From Nemertoderma westbladi (taxonomy: Eukaryota; Animalia; Xenacoelomorpha), in NCBI GenBank assembly GCA_032718475.1, contig JAUCBJ010001417.1, forward strand, positions 1 through 55,546: 55,546 nt of DNA. The letters run 5' to 3'. The notes below the pieces were generated by a model. The model was not told where the DNA came from. It worked only from the letters and a program-made list of their open reading frames with translations, and did not search any database. The translations under genes were made by a program, and so were the position numbers. Shown piece after piece: positions 10,942-23,100 of the stretch; the stretch's first letter is position 1, and each line of letters begins with the position of its first letter.

Positions 10942-11828
10942 AGGGGAACAGTACCGTATTTTCCAACATTTTCGTTGTTTTTTTTCAACAAATTGTCATG
11001 CTCTTTTATCAGGTTTTTCTCTTGAAAAATGTTCTAGAACGTATATTGATTATTCTAGAACTTTAAAAAAATTTTCTAGAACATTTTAATTATAAAGTTT
11101 CGAGAAAATAAATTACTTACTCTTAAAAAGAAAATTATTACAAAAATTGTTCAATTTTAAAATTGTTTATGCTATTTTGCCTGCTTTTTTTTTCTATTGG
11201 CAAGAGATCTAGAACGTTTATTAAATGTTCTAGAACATGTACCAAATGTTCTAGAACATTTTTCGTTTTTTAATTTTTTTTCTATTGGCAAGAGATATAT
11301 ATAGAACATTTATTAAATGTTCTAGAACATGTACCAAATGTTCTAGAACATTTTTATTATCAATTTTCGAGAAAAAAAAACATTCCAGAATATTTGTTCT
11401 TTTAAAAAGAATTATTAAAATGATTGTTTAATTAAAAAAAATTGGAATACAGAACAACTAACCATAACGATAGCATTCCAGAACATTTTTTAAAATGTTA
11501 GCTAGGGCTAGCTATAGATATAATTATAGACTATAGGCTATAGCTATAGATATAAATTACTAGCTATAATTGTAAATTATTACTTGAGTACATAAAATTA
11601 CTAGATATATGTTAATTATACAAAAAAGTGTTAAAAAAAACAAAAAAATTAAAATTTTTTAAAAATGTTATAGAACAAAAATTTATATATTCTAGAACAT
11701 TATTTAACAAAAAAATAATTCGAAATATCCTAGAATACTTCACACTAACATTAAAAAGTAGTAGCTAGTAAACTAAACACATTTTAGAGCAAACTGAAAA
11801 TGGTGGCACGTACGGAACTCTAGCCCTA
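10942..11828. mobile_element. AT-rich putative non-autonomous DNA element with degenerate TIRs and many GTTCTAGAAC palindromes
   Basis: Left GGGGAACAGTACCGTA vs right (reverse complement) GGGCTAGAGTTCCGTA; repeated TGTTCTAGAACA palindromes and an internal ~75-bp duplication (~11190-11355). Confidence 0.4.
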
Positions 11829-12854
11829 TAAAGTGTTACTTTTCACACAATGATACAAATAGCTATTTTTTATATTTTATTACCGTATCATAAATAAATA
11901 TATGGCTTTATTACCACATATACATGGATACATTAAACAAAACAACGGCAACTTATTTTACTAACTAAAAATCGCGGACCTTCATCTATCATGCAATCTC
12001 ACACATTTTTTTAATTCCATCAATTATAGCTAATAACAAAAACACTTGAGTACTGTTAGTAGCTATGCGAGTGTGGAATAATTCCAGCACCACTGGAATT
12101 AGAAATATCATAATTGTAAATACAGTCAGTGAGATAAGTACAGAGTACAGTAGGTTCATGGAGTACATATTAAAATGGCTCAGCAATGGCTTCCAATGGA
12201 AATTTAAATTAAAGAATATGTCTTGATTTGCAATCTATACACCATAACTACACGTTCGTGGGGCCATTGCGCAGGACGAGGCTCAGTTATTAGATACAGA
12301 TTAAAATTGAACAATTCTATCCCAAAATCGGTACTTAAGAAATTTAAATAAACCGCCTATTAGAATAAATCAAAGAAGAGAGGAAAGTCCCCCCCCCCCC
12401 CCCCCCCTCCCCCCCTTGCTTCAACCGCCCTCTTAATCTGCGCCACCCCAACCGCAAAGGAGCACAAAGGATTAATGAAAGGCAGAGGTATTAACAAGAA
12501 ATTAGTGTTTTAAAAGAAATATATATTTATGTGCGGAGGCAACCCAATTTGTAAAATTATTAAAACTTACCAATCATTGTGCAAGATAGAGCAAGCTCAG
12601 TGGAAGGATGATTGGAATGTTTCCCCATCTAATATGCAATATGAAGAATGTCAAGGAATGATGATGAGACTGGAAGTATAGAGTGATGGAATGCATTTTA
12701 ACTTAATTACGTTTAGACCAATTAAAAACACATTTCTTAAAGCAAATCTCTTGAACTAATTAAAAACTATAATGGAATGGGGTATGGTGAATACAGTTAT
12801 ATAATTTTGAAGTATAATTATTTAAATCTTATACTAGAAAATAATTAATATCCT

Positions 12855-13140
12855 ATAAGAGGCAGCTTGAAATCGCTGTTTTTACCCTAATCAAACTAAT
12901 TAACTAATTAACAGCTATTATCTTCGCTTCTCAAAGGCCACACGGAACTTAAACTTGGAAAATTTCTAAACTTAGGCCAGACTACATGTGTACCAAGTTT
13001 GGTTAAATTTCATTAACATTTGGCTAAGTTATTAACGTTTAAAATTGGACACGACAGAACAACAGATCAACAGAACAATAGACACACCGATTGAGTTAGT
13101 GGTATGCTAAGCTCGCTTACTTTCGTTGCTCGCCCCACAA
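12855..13140 (+). mobile_element. Helentron/DINE-1-like non-autonomous element 3' part
   Basis: Core ...TGTGTACCAAGTTTGG..., short ACAGA-type microsatellite, then GCTCGCTTACTTTCGTTGCTCGCCC terminus; architecture recognised by eye only. Confidence 0.35.
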
Positions 13141-13331
13141 ACCAACCCTAACCAAACTGACCCAAATAGAAACCTAAGCCAAAACTAAACCAAACCACGT
13201 CCGGTACGATATGTTACAGTATTATATAAAATAATGTTACCTTATCTTTTAATTTAACATCTATTGGACTTAGGGAAGAACCATTCAGGCATTTAATTTG
13301 TTCTCCATGTACCCGTTACCTTCATAAACAG

Positions 13332-13531
13332 TATTGACTGATTACTGTAATAATGTATACATACATTAATGTAAATACAATTAGATATAACCAAAACATT
13401 AAGTATGAATTCCAGAGTTTGGTTTTAGTTCAGTTACATAACAACTTAATTTTTTATATTTAATTAAAATGATGCGGCATTTAGTATGACCAAAGCGCCA
13501 AACATAGGGACACTATCTCCCTATTGTTTAA
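13332..13531 (+). repeat. Interspersed repeat copy 2 with 3' hairpin
   Basis: Homologous to 4710-4903; stem-loop AAACATAGGGA-CACTATC-TCCCTATTGTTT. Confidence 0.7.
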
Positions 13532-14150
13532 CCCTATTAAACCCGGGGGGGTCAATATGACACCCCCCCCCGTGGTTTTTTTATTATAATTCTGAAATGA
13601 AACAAACGCAGTTGGGAATCTGAAATTTTATGACTTTCCCTAAACATCTATTGTCTTCCTAGTAGTGAAAACCGTTTTCAAAAATATTGGGTAGTTTTCG
13701 AGTTATAGTACCATTTTTTAACCCTACTTTTGGCACTTTTTTTGAGACGTTTTTTGAAAATTACATTTCATTAAATATGAATTGTAAGATCTCTATTTTT
13801 GATTTACCCCTGTTTTTTGGTGTTAGCAATTGGATGGAATTCATTAGAAATTTCAAACTTGTTTTTTTGGCGGGTGCCAAATTTTGGTGCCAGCACAAAA
13901 TTTTGAAATACCTCAATTTTGTAAATTGATTGTTAGAAACTTGTTTTTTTACGCTATTGGCGTTTTTTGGGGTTCTGGTTTCAATGAAATATATACGAGT
14001 TGCACCAAGCGTATCAAACTTGTATTTTTCGGTGCAAATTTTGGTGCTAGCACGAAATTTTGAAAATCCATTCAATAGATAAAATTGCTTGTGACAATTT
14101 ATTTCTTGCGTTTTAGAGGTTTATGGCAAACGGGATTGCGCTAGTGTACC
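13532..14150. mobile_element. piggyBac-like terminus (truncated)
   Basis: TTAA|CCCTATTAAACCCGGGGGGGTCAATATGACACCCCCCCC: TTAA target, CCC terminus, subterminal palindrome; no partner TIR seen; right boundary uncertain. Confidence 0.5.
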
Positions 14151-14589
14151 TGTCAACAAGAGCCGCTCACTCTATCTGTTTATTTACCCTTTTTTCCTTC
14201 GATGTATTGATTTGCTCTATATTTCACTTAGTTCAATACGGTATTTGATTATCTATTGTATTTGACTGAGATACTATACCGGGAGGGTGTGACAACAAAG
14301 TATAACTGTAAATGACTGACTAATTAATTATGTAAAGGGCTCAAGTCTGGTGATTGTGTTTCCCTTTAGGGTAAACGTATTGTGACAAGTCTTTGGTCTA
14401 ATTATATTGATATTACTACAGTATTCAATTTGTGACAACTCTCAATGGTGATGTAATTAATAATAAGAGCTTTGCTTATATTAATGGTCTGAAATATCGC
14501 CATATATTAATTATTTAGTAAGTCAGAGGTATGACAATATACATATCTGATACAATTGTCCAGATTATCACTGATACTTAGTTACAACA
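14151..14589 (-). repeat. Candidate 3' LTR of the BEL/Pao element
   Basis: Minus strand TGTTGTAAC...TTGTTGACA termini, preceded by purine-rich CAGGTGGG, AATAAA near the 3' end; no second copy in the window. Confidence 0.45.
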
Positions 14590-15199
14590 ACCCACCTGTT
14601 GAGGCGCGTGTAAAATAGACAAATTGAATTTACCAGTAGAATATCCAACAATAATAATTATAATTCAATTATTAACTCTTTAATTTTAGACCTTAGGCCT
14701 GTAATAACCACCAGTCAATTAATCTTGACCGGGGATCAGTGCCTCTGCATGGGCAGTGCGACTTCTTCTGTCAAACAATAACAAAAAGAGTACATTAATC
14801 ACAGAACAACCGCACTTATATACCAGCCTATCAGTAAGGAGCATAGCCAAATGTATTACATTTGAGGCTTAGTAGGCCTTTAGAGTACAAATTAGATCGA
14901 ATATAGGTATGATAGCACTAGATGGCTTAAGAACCTTTTCTAAAGAATAATCTGTAAGAAATAATCAATATGATACCGTAACTGGTCCTTTATCAATGAA
15001 TATACAGTATTTCGGGTAAATTGATAAAATAATTAATTTTAAAGGCACGATTTATAACTGCAGCAACACCGCTTCCATTCATTTAGCTACCAGGGTGTTA
15101 AAGTCAAGGCAGAAGTTCAAATTCGTACAAAAAAATAATCTAATAAGTAAATAATTCAGTTATCAATATCAAACTAGAATTATACAGGGCGTACGTAGC

Positions 15200-15445
15200 C
15201 CATCATATGAAAAACATCTCAACTCGTGAACAAATTAAATCGAGTAGATTAGTGAATATCTATCACCTATGAATAAGCAAACTATAGTGGCAAGTGTATC
15301 TAAAACATATATAAAAGGTTTCAGCTCGTGAACAAATCAAATTTAATGAATTATTAGGTACCAACTACTTCTAAATAAGCAAACTGTAGTTCTAAAGAAT
15401 ATATCTAATACATATAAAATGTCTCAGCTCGTGAACAAATAAGCT
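15200..15445. repeat. Degenerate tandem repeat, ~104-bp period, ~2.5 copies
   Basis: CTCGTGAACAAAT recurs at ~15223, ~15326 and ~15428; AATAAGCAAACT(A/G)TAGT recurs twice. Confidence 0.8.
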
Positions 15446-17539
15446 AAAATAATTATTGGGGATACCACTTACTTATTTTACGCATAATATAAAGTAGGAA
15501 TATAAGTCGTATAAAGTAGAATAGCCATAATAAAAAGTAACCGGAAAAAATAACGTTTATTTTCGGGTTCTTTTTCTTTCTGGGGGGTCGCTTGCGACGT
15601 TTCGGTGGCCGGGAGCCATTACCAGGTACCGGAGGTGGAGAACCTTGCACGGATGAAGGCGGAAGGATGAAGTTCCAATGAGTCAGAAGGGGGTGCGACA
15701 GTTCGTACGGTCGATCCACCAGTAGATGTTCCCGGTTGGTTAAGGTTCGCTAACCACGAGTGATGTGAGAACAGAATAGCACAATAACTTTACATAGGCT
15801 AACGTGATCACGCAATCCGCTGAAAATTCGTGGAGTAATCCCACAATCTGATATATTTCAGAAGGGATATTTCGTCGTCCCTTTGGGTCGAGTTAAAAGA
15901 TATTTGACTTTGTTAAATGGTCAAGATATTTCTGCCGGGGCTCGACTTCGATGTCGTCGAGGGGATTAACCGGGGATAGGAAATCCACGCTGCAGGCGGA
16001 ATGCTCGGGTTTCGTTACACAATGTTGACCGTGCAAGACGAAATCCGGGTGGTCCTGAGTCCCATAGCACGGGGGATGGAGAGGACGTCTTTCGAGGTAA
16101 TTATCCCGAATTAAAATCTTCGTTTGATCAGCTCGACCAGGAGGAGCGATAATCCATTCATCAATATTGTCGCATATAGGCTCTACGACGTGAGTTTACA
16201 ACATCGGAGCATTCACATCTAAATTGGGGTTAGAGATGTCGGTGTCGAGAGGTATCGGTCGGGTTTGACTGTATGCGACACCGAAAACGCTTTACAGACC
16301 CAGACGCGTGAATATGTGCTTTACTTTGGAACCCTTCCATTAAAGTCTGGACCGCGGGTTGGATCAAAGAAGATGATTTGCGTTCGTCGTTCAATCATCC
16401 ACGCTACGTCCGCTCTTCGTTCACACGTCAATACGGGGCGACATACTCTAAGAGTGATTTCGATAGATTCACCGGTGAGATCAGCCGTCATCGTATCCAT
16501 CATCTCCGCATGCTGTCCCGAGAACCTCGTTTATTGGAAGAGGGTGTTTTACCATGTCGAAATGCGAGTTTGAATATATGACTGCAACGGGGGTAGGCGG
16601 ACGTCACCACCCCAACCAGACAGCCACACGCCGCAACACAGTCCCCGATCGATCCCTTAGCCGTGAGACTCGAGTTCGCAACTACCAGCGGTACCGAAGT
16701 ATCGTGGCTATATGCTAAACTCTCATCAAGCCAGGGAGACGGGGGGACTGGTTCGGAGCCAGATGTGTCTGCTACAATCCTCGCATCAATGAAAGGTTGG
16801 ACAATTTTATACGCTTCACACGAACTGACACGATATATTTATTATTCACACAATTTAGCTTAATTTAAAAGTCGTTTGCGTATATTAATTTCATTTAAAG
16901 TCAAAATACGGTTCAAAAGACATATTTAATATTTACCAGAATGTCACTATTTTATGTATTCATGATAACATGTTGTGTTTCTGTAATGCAAACTGTACTA
17001 AAGGTTGCATTCACAGTTATACGGACACCATTTGGGTTTTCAGAGAAACTCGTTGTTTCGGTTTTAATTAATCCAAATTGTTCGGTGACATGTTGGTAAT
17101 TGGTAAATGTAGACATTAGAACGCTCAGCTCTCACACTTATTTCACACAAGTAACTACTGTAATAGTTACTTGATCATTTATAGCGATATTTAATTTGGG
17201 AAGTTTTAATTTTGGTTATTATTATTAATTTGTATTAAATACAAAATTTTTGAAAATCTTTAGCATATTTCTATGCTGGTAACGTCACACAAATCCGCTT
17301 CCACGATTGAGTATTGTCGTTAGTAATTGGTCATTTATTTTGATTTATTTAAGTTTAAGTCAAATAATTTGTCGTTAATTTAAATTGCTGTATCTGCGTC
17401 CAGAATATACAATGTTCAATTAACATAAGTAGGTTTGTTGCTACAGTGCACTTGTAGTCTAATACTAATACCTATGCTATATTAAATGGCTAATAAATAA
17501 TTACGTTACTCATACTCAATCGTAACCTTCTATACGACG

Positions 17540-19155
17540 TTACTCTAAATTGTAGGTTAGACTACTTGGCCTAACTCGTTGTTGCCCGTAGTTACAAGAA
17601 CGTTCCCTTGTCAGTTCTAATAAACAAGGGCGACCGGTTGGTCGATTGAAATAGTGTACCTTTGGCTTAAACGGTGGATGATAGTAGTCAAATCTTTTCT
17701 TTGGAGGTGGCGCTTCTGAATGCGTCACTGGTCCGCCTCAAATCCTTCGGCATGGTATACAACTCTGTAATGTCCGGCCCAGAGCCGCACGAGGGACGAC
17801 AAAACAGTAACGCGTCCCTATCTCACTTAATATATGTTCTCTCCCGGCGTGATATAGTCCATAGTGGATGTCGTGTATCAACTTTGTTTGAATCTCGGGA
17901 TCGAATATTAATATTGGGAACGTAGTGTCTCTAGAAATAGGAGCGTTAGTAAGATGACCTCCAACACGAATTAATCCATTGATCATAGTACCTGAGAATT
18001 TATCCGACAATGGAGTCAAAGGATCGACACTGAGTTGATGATATTCCTCAGGTCTCTCAAGTTTCTGTGAAAGTCGTAACAGTTGTAAATTAGATTTATC
18101 AACTTCATGAGTGTGACAAGCCTACTACAGGTATATTATTAGTACTATATCTGTAGTGGAATAGTTGTTTCAGAATAGTTATAGTCCTACATAATTTATC
18201 CCATGAGCTATAATGGTTCATGGCGCGGGCTATCAGTGGGGGTAGACTTACTTTAGTATTAGGTAAGTCTGATTGACTTTGAAATAATCGGGGGGTGTCT
18301 GGGACAGCTTCAGTCCGGGAGTGAATACTCAAAGGTGGGTCTGAGTTTGGGCTGTCCGATTTGTTTACATAATTATTGGTTACTGTGTCAATGGGTTCTC
18401 CATATTCGTCCGTATTAAATCGGGATGTCGGTTGATTGTTGTCGCTGGGTTTACTGGATTCACCGCAAAATTTTGAAAACTTTGTCCCAAACTCGGGTCC
18501 TCCCACCGCGAATTCCCCCGCTTCCACAATATAACCGGGTTTAGGAGAATGGATGTACAGTAATTGGTCGATATGTTTTCTGAATGAATGTGGTTAGTTG
18601 ATATGTTATCAACCAGATCTTTAATGATATGTCACTGTTAATCGACTGTTCTGGGCGTAATGGTGGCTCATACGTGAGACCCTGTGTGCAGACCACTACA
18701 TTATTGCAACTTTCCTCGTCCATAGAGAACTCGTCCGTATAGAACTCGTGCATATCGTGTTTATCCAACCAATCTAGTTGTCTACAGATTTCCTTAATCT
18801 CGTCAACAAATGCAATCATTTCCATAGTTATCACACGTTTAACATTGACCACCTTTTGATACAGATATTGGGCTATTGAAGCTTCATCTCCGTACCTGAC
18901 ATGTAATAGTTTCCATAATTCTACCAATCCCTGTGGGTGTCCGATATATCTTTGCGCTAATTTTTTCGGATAAGCTTCCAAACAATCTATTAAGAAGCGC
19001 AGCTTCTCGCTATTGGGTAGCGGTGAACTAAATATACTGTCTTTTACATATTCTCTAAATGGAAGCCATTTTAACTCATTTCCATTAAAATTAATGATTT
19101 CACCTACTTTAACTGCCTGACGCGCTTCAGTACGAGCTACATAAGGGAAAGCCAT
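17540..19155 (-). mobile_element. Internally deleted BEL/Pao LTR retrotransposon gag-pol remnants
   Basis: Gag (DUF1759-like) FNGNELKWLPF...EKLRFLIDCL...LWKLLHVRYG; YSSWDKLCR; GLIRVGGHLTNA...FPILI; integrase HHCC IHDIH...HAG...CIPCRR; C-terminal RPTGRPCLLE; protease, RT and integrase core not seen. Confidence 0.85.
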
Positions 19156-19712
19156 GGGCAGCCTTGAATAGGCTTCCCAGGATTTGGAAGTTACCGAGAA
19201 TTAATCGGAAACTTAAGGTCCGACTATTTAGAGCAGCAGTAGTTCTATGCGAGGACTCCTCTATGGGAGTCCATGCTGGGCTCTAACTGCTGAGGACCAA
19301 ATCTCTGGATGGCACATTCACAACAATGCTACGCCGGGTTCATTGTGTTAAGTACAATGCACACATCTCCAACCAGACACTATATAACATTGGAGGTGTC
19401 GCATTGGTTCCCCCAAGCTTGACACTAGAACAAAATCGCCTCCGCTTTGCAGGACATTGCTTTCGCCTTGAGGACCAGCCAGTGCATAATCTTGTACTTT
19501 GGCAGCCTCATGGAGTGAATAAGCATGGTGGACAGCCCATGACTTTCTTGAGACGCATCTTAAAGGACACTGGCCTTGAAGATGCGGATGATCTAGCAAA
19601 TGTCATGGGTGATAGGGAGTTGTGGCGGCGCAATTTTGTCGAAAAGCCGGCACAGCATTCTTAAAAATGCAGCTGCAATGCAGCATGCCGATCCTAGTAG
19701 TAGTAGTAGTAG
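19156..19712 (+). mobile_element. 5'-truncated RTE-type LINE (ORF2 C-terminus, 3' UTR and (TAG)n tail)
   Basis: WAALNRLPRIWK...KLKVRLFRAAV..LLYGSPCWALT, then MLRRV...HISNQTLY...RLRFAGHCFR...DRELWR; short 3' UTR; TAG repeat tail 19694-19712. Confidence 0.85.
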
Positions 19713-19974
19713 TACAGTAGTACTTTACTGTAGTACTGTATTTTGTACGCTGTAATACCAGCTTAGTGACAACTTTTTTCCAAAAATGTTGAAAATTATC
19801 TGATTAGCTATTATTATAAAATCATAACAAATATTTATAATTTTAAAATAATAACTTACCGTTCACCTAATTTTCTAGAATTTTTGGAAAGTTTTTTATC
19901 TATAAAATCCACTTTTTTTACTAAATTTTGTAAAAAAAACAGCACTATTATTACTTTGTGGATGCCACTTAAAT

Positions 19975-20077
19975 AGTGGTAGAAAGTCTTTCTACCTCTA
20001 TTTTAGTGGCAGAAAGTCTTTCTACCTCTATTTTAGTGGCAGAAAGTCTTTCTACCTCTATTTTAGTGGCAGAAAGT
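19975..20077. repeat. 30-bp tandem repeat AGTGGCAGAAAGTCTTTCTACCTCTATTTT (~3.5 copies)
   Basis: Read directly; each unit has an internal inverted repeat AGAAAG-T-CTTTCT. Confidence 0.95.
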
Positions 20078-20144
20078 ACATCATTTTAGCTCAGTGGTCA
20101 TAGCACATAGCACAAAATAAATAGTTAATAATTATTTACGTACA

Positions 20145-23100
20145 AGTTCCGTAATCCTCCCCACTAGTTCCGTTCTAATCCCCACTAGTTCCGTACTCCT
20201 CCCCACTAGCTCCGTTCTCCTCCACACTAGTTCCGTTCCCCTCCCCACTAGTTCCGTACACTCCTCCCCACTAGTTCCGTACTCCTCCCACTAGTACCGT
20301 ACTCCTCCCCACTAGTTCCGTACTCCTCCCACTAGTACCGTACTCCTCCCCACTAGTTCCGTACTCCACCCCACTAGTTCCGTACTCCTCCCCACTAGTT
20401 CCTTACTCGTCCCCACTAGTTCCGTACACTCCCCACTAGTTCCGTACTCTTCTTCACTAGTTCCGTACTCCTCCCTACTAGTTCCGTACTCCTCCCCACT
20501 AGTTCCGTACTCCTCCCACTAGTACCGTACTCCTCCCCACTAGTTCCGTACTCCTCCCCACTAGTACCGTACTCCTCCCCACTAGTTCCGTACTCCACCC
20601 CACTAGTTCCGTACTCCTCCCCACTAGTTCCGTACTCGTCCCCACTAGTTCCGTACACTTCCCCACTAGTTCGGTACTCCTCCCCACTAGTTCCGTACTC
20701 CTCTTCACTAGTTCCGTACTCCTCCCTACTAGTTCCGTACTCCTCCCCACTAGTTCCGTTCTCCTCCACACTAGTTCCGTTCCCCTCCCCACTAGTTCCG
20801 TACACTCCTCCCCACTAGTTCCGTACTCCTCCCACTAGTACCGTACTCCTCCCCACTAGTTCCGTACTCCTCCCACTAGTACCGTACTCCTCCCCACTAG
20901 TTCCGTACTCCACCCCACTAGTTCCGTACTCCTCCCCACTAGTTCCGTACTCCTCCCAACTAGTTCCGTACTCCTCCCCACTAGTTCCGTACTCCTCCCC
21001 ACTAGTTCCGTACTCTTCTTCACTAGTTCCGTACTCCTCCCTACTAGTTCCGTACTCCTCCCCACTAGTTCCGTACTCCTCCCACTAGTACCGTACTCCT
21101 CCCCACTAGTTCCGTACTCCTCCCACTAGTACCGTACTCCTCCCCACTAGTTCCGTACTCCACCCCACTAGTTCCGTACTCCTCCCCACTAGTTCCGTAC
21201 TCGTCCCCACTAGTTCCGTACACTTCCCCACTAGTTCGGTACTCCTCCCCACTAGTTCCGTACTCCTCTTCACTAGTTCCGTACTCCTCCCTACTAGTTC
21301 CGTACTCCTCCCCACTAGTTCCGTTCTCCTCCACACTAGTTCCGTTCCCCTCCCCACTAGTTCCGTACACTCCTCCCCACTAGTTCCGTACTCCTCCCAC
21401 TAGTACCGTACTCCTCCCCACTAGTTCCGTACTCCTCCCACTAGTACCGTACTCCTCCCCACTAGTTCCGTACTCCACCCCACTAGTTCCGTACTCCTCC
21501 CCACTAGTTCCGTACTCCTCCCAACTAGTTCCGTACTCCTCCCCACTAGTTCCGTACTCCTCCCCACTAGTTCCATACACTCATCCCCACTAGTTCCGTA
21601 CTCCTCCCCACTAGTTCCGTACTCCTCCCAACTAGTTCCGTACTCCTCCCCACTAGTTCCGTACTCGTCCCCACTAGTTCCGTACTCCTCCCCACTAGTT
21701 CCGTACTCCTCCCCACTAGTTCCGTACTCCTCCCCACTAGTTCCGTACTCCTCCCCACTAGTTCCGTACTCGTCCCCACTAGTTCCGTACTCCTCCCCAC
21801 TAGTTCCGTACTCCTCCCCACTAGTTCCGTACTCCTCCCCACTAGTTCCATACACTCATTCCCACTAGTTCCGTACTCCTCCCAACTAGTTCCGTTCTCC
21901 TCCCCACTAGTTCAGCACTCCTCCCCACTAGTTCCATACACTCCTCCCCACTAGTTCCGTACTCCTCCCCACTAGTTCCGTAATCCTCCCCTCTAGTTCC
22001 GTTCTCCTCCCTATTAGTTCCGTACCCCTCCCCACTAGTTCCGTACTCCTCCTCACTAGTTCCGTACTCCTCCCCACTAGTTCCGTACTCCTCCCCACTA
22101 GTTCCGTACTCTTCCCCACTAGTTCCGTTCTCCTCCCCACTAGTTCCGTACTCCTCCCCACTAGTTCCGTACTCCTCCCCACTAGTTCCGTACTCCTCCC
22201 CACTAGTTCCGTACTCCTCCCAACTAGTTCCGTACTCCTCCCCACTAGTTCCGTACTCCTCCCCACTAGTTCCGTACTCCTCCCCACTAGTTCCGTACTC
22301 CTCCCCACTAGTTCCGTACTCCTCCCCACTAGTTCCGTACTCCTCCCCACTAGTTCCGTACTCCTCCCCACTAGTTCCATACACTCATTCCCACTAGTTC
22401 CGTACTCCTCCCAACTAGTTCCGTTCTCCTCCCCACTAGTTCAGCACTCCTCCCCACTAGTTCCATACACTCCTCCCCACTAGTTCCGTACTCCTCCCCA
22501 CTAGTTCCGTAATCCTCCCCTCTAGTTCCGTTCTCCTCCCTATTAGTTCCGTACCCCTCCCCACTAGTTCCGTACTCCTCCCCACTAGTTCCGTACTCCT
22601 CCCCACTAGTTCCGTACTCCTCCCCACTAGTTCCATACACTCATCCCCACTAGTTCCGTACTCCTCCCCACTAGTTCCGTACTCCTCCCAACTAGTTCCG
22701 TACTCCTCCCCACTAGTTCCGTACTCGTCCCCACTAGTTCCGTACTCCTCCCCACTAGTTCCGTACTCCTCCCCACTAGTTCCGTACTCCTCCCCACTAG
22801 TTCCGTACTCGTCCCCACTAGTTCCGTACTCCTCCCCACTAGTTCCGTACTCCTCCCCACTAGTTCCGTACTCCTCCCCACTAGTTCCATACACTCATCC
22901 CCACTAGTTCCGTACTCCTCCCCACTAGTTCCGTTCTCCTCCCCACTAGTTCAGCACTCCTCCCCACTATTTCCGTACTCCTCCCCACTATTTCCGTACT
23001 CCTCCCCACCAGTTCCGTACTCCTCCCCACTAGTTCCGTACTCGTCCCCACTAGTTCCGTACTCCTCCCCACTAGTTCCGTACTCCTCCCCACTAGTTCC

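Noticed and set aside
12540-12700. Possible coding remnant in purine-rich sequence
   Set aside because: No recognisable motif; stops in the frames examined
13687-14075. 80-104 aa ORFs
   Set aside because: Low-complexity AT-rich TE-internal sequence with no domain signature
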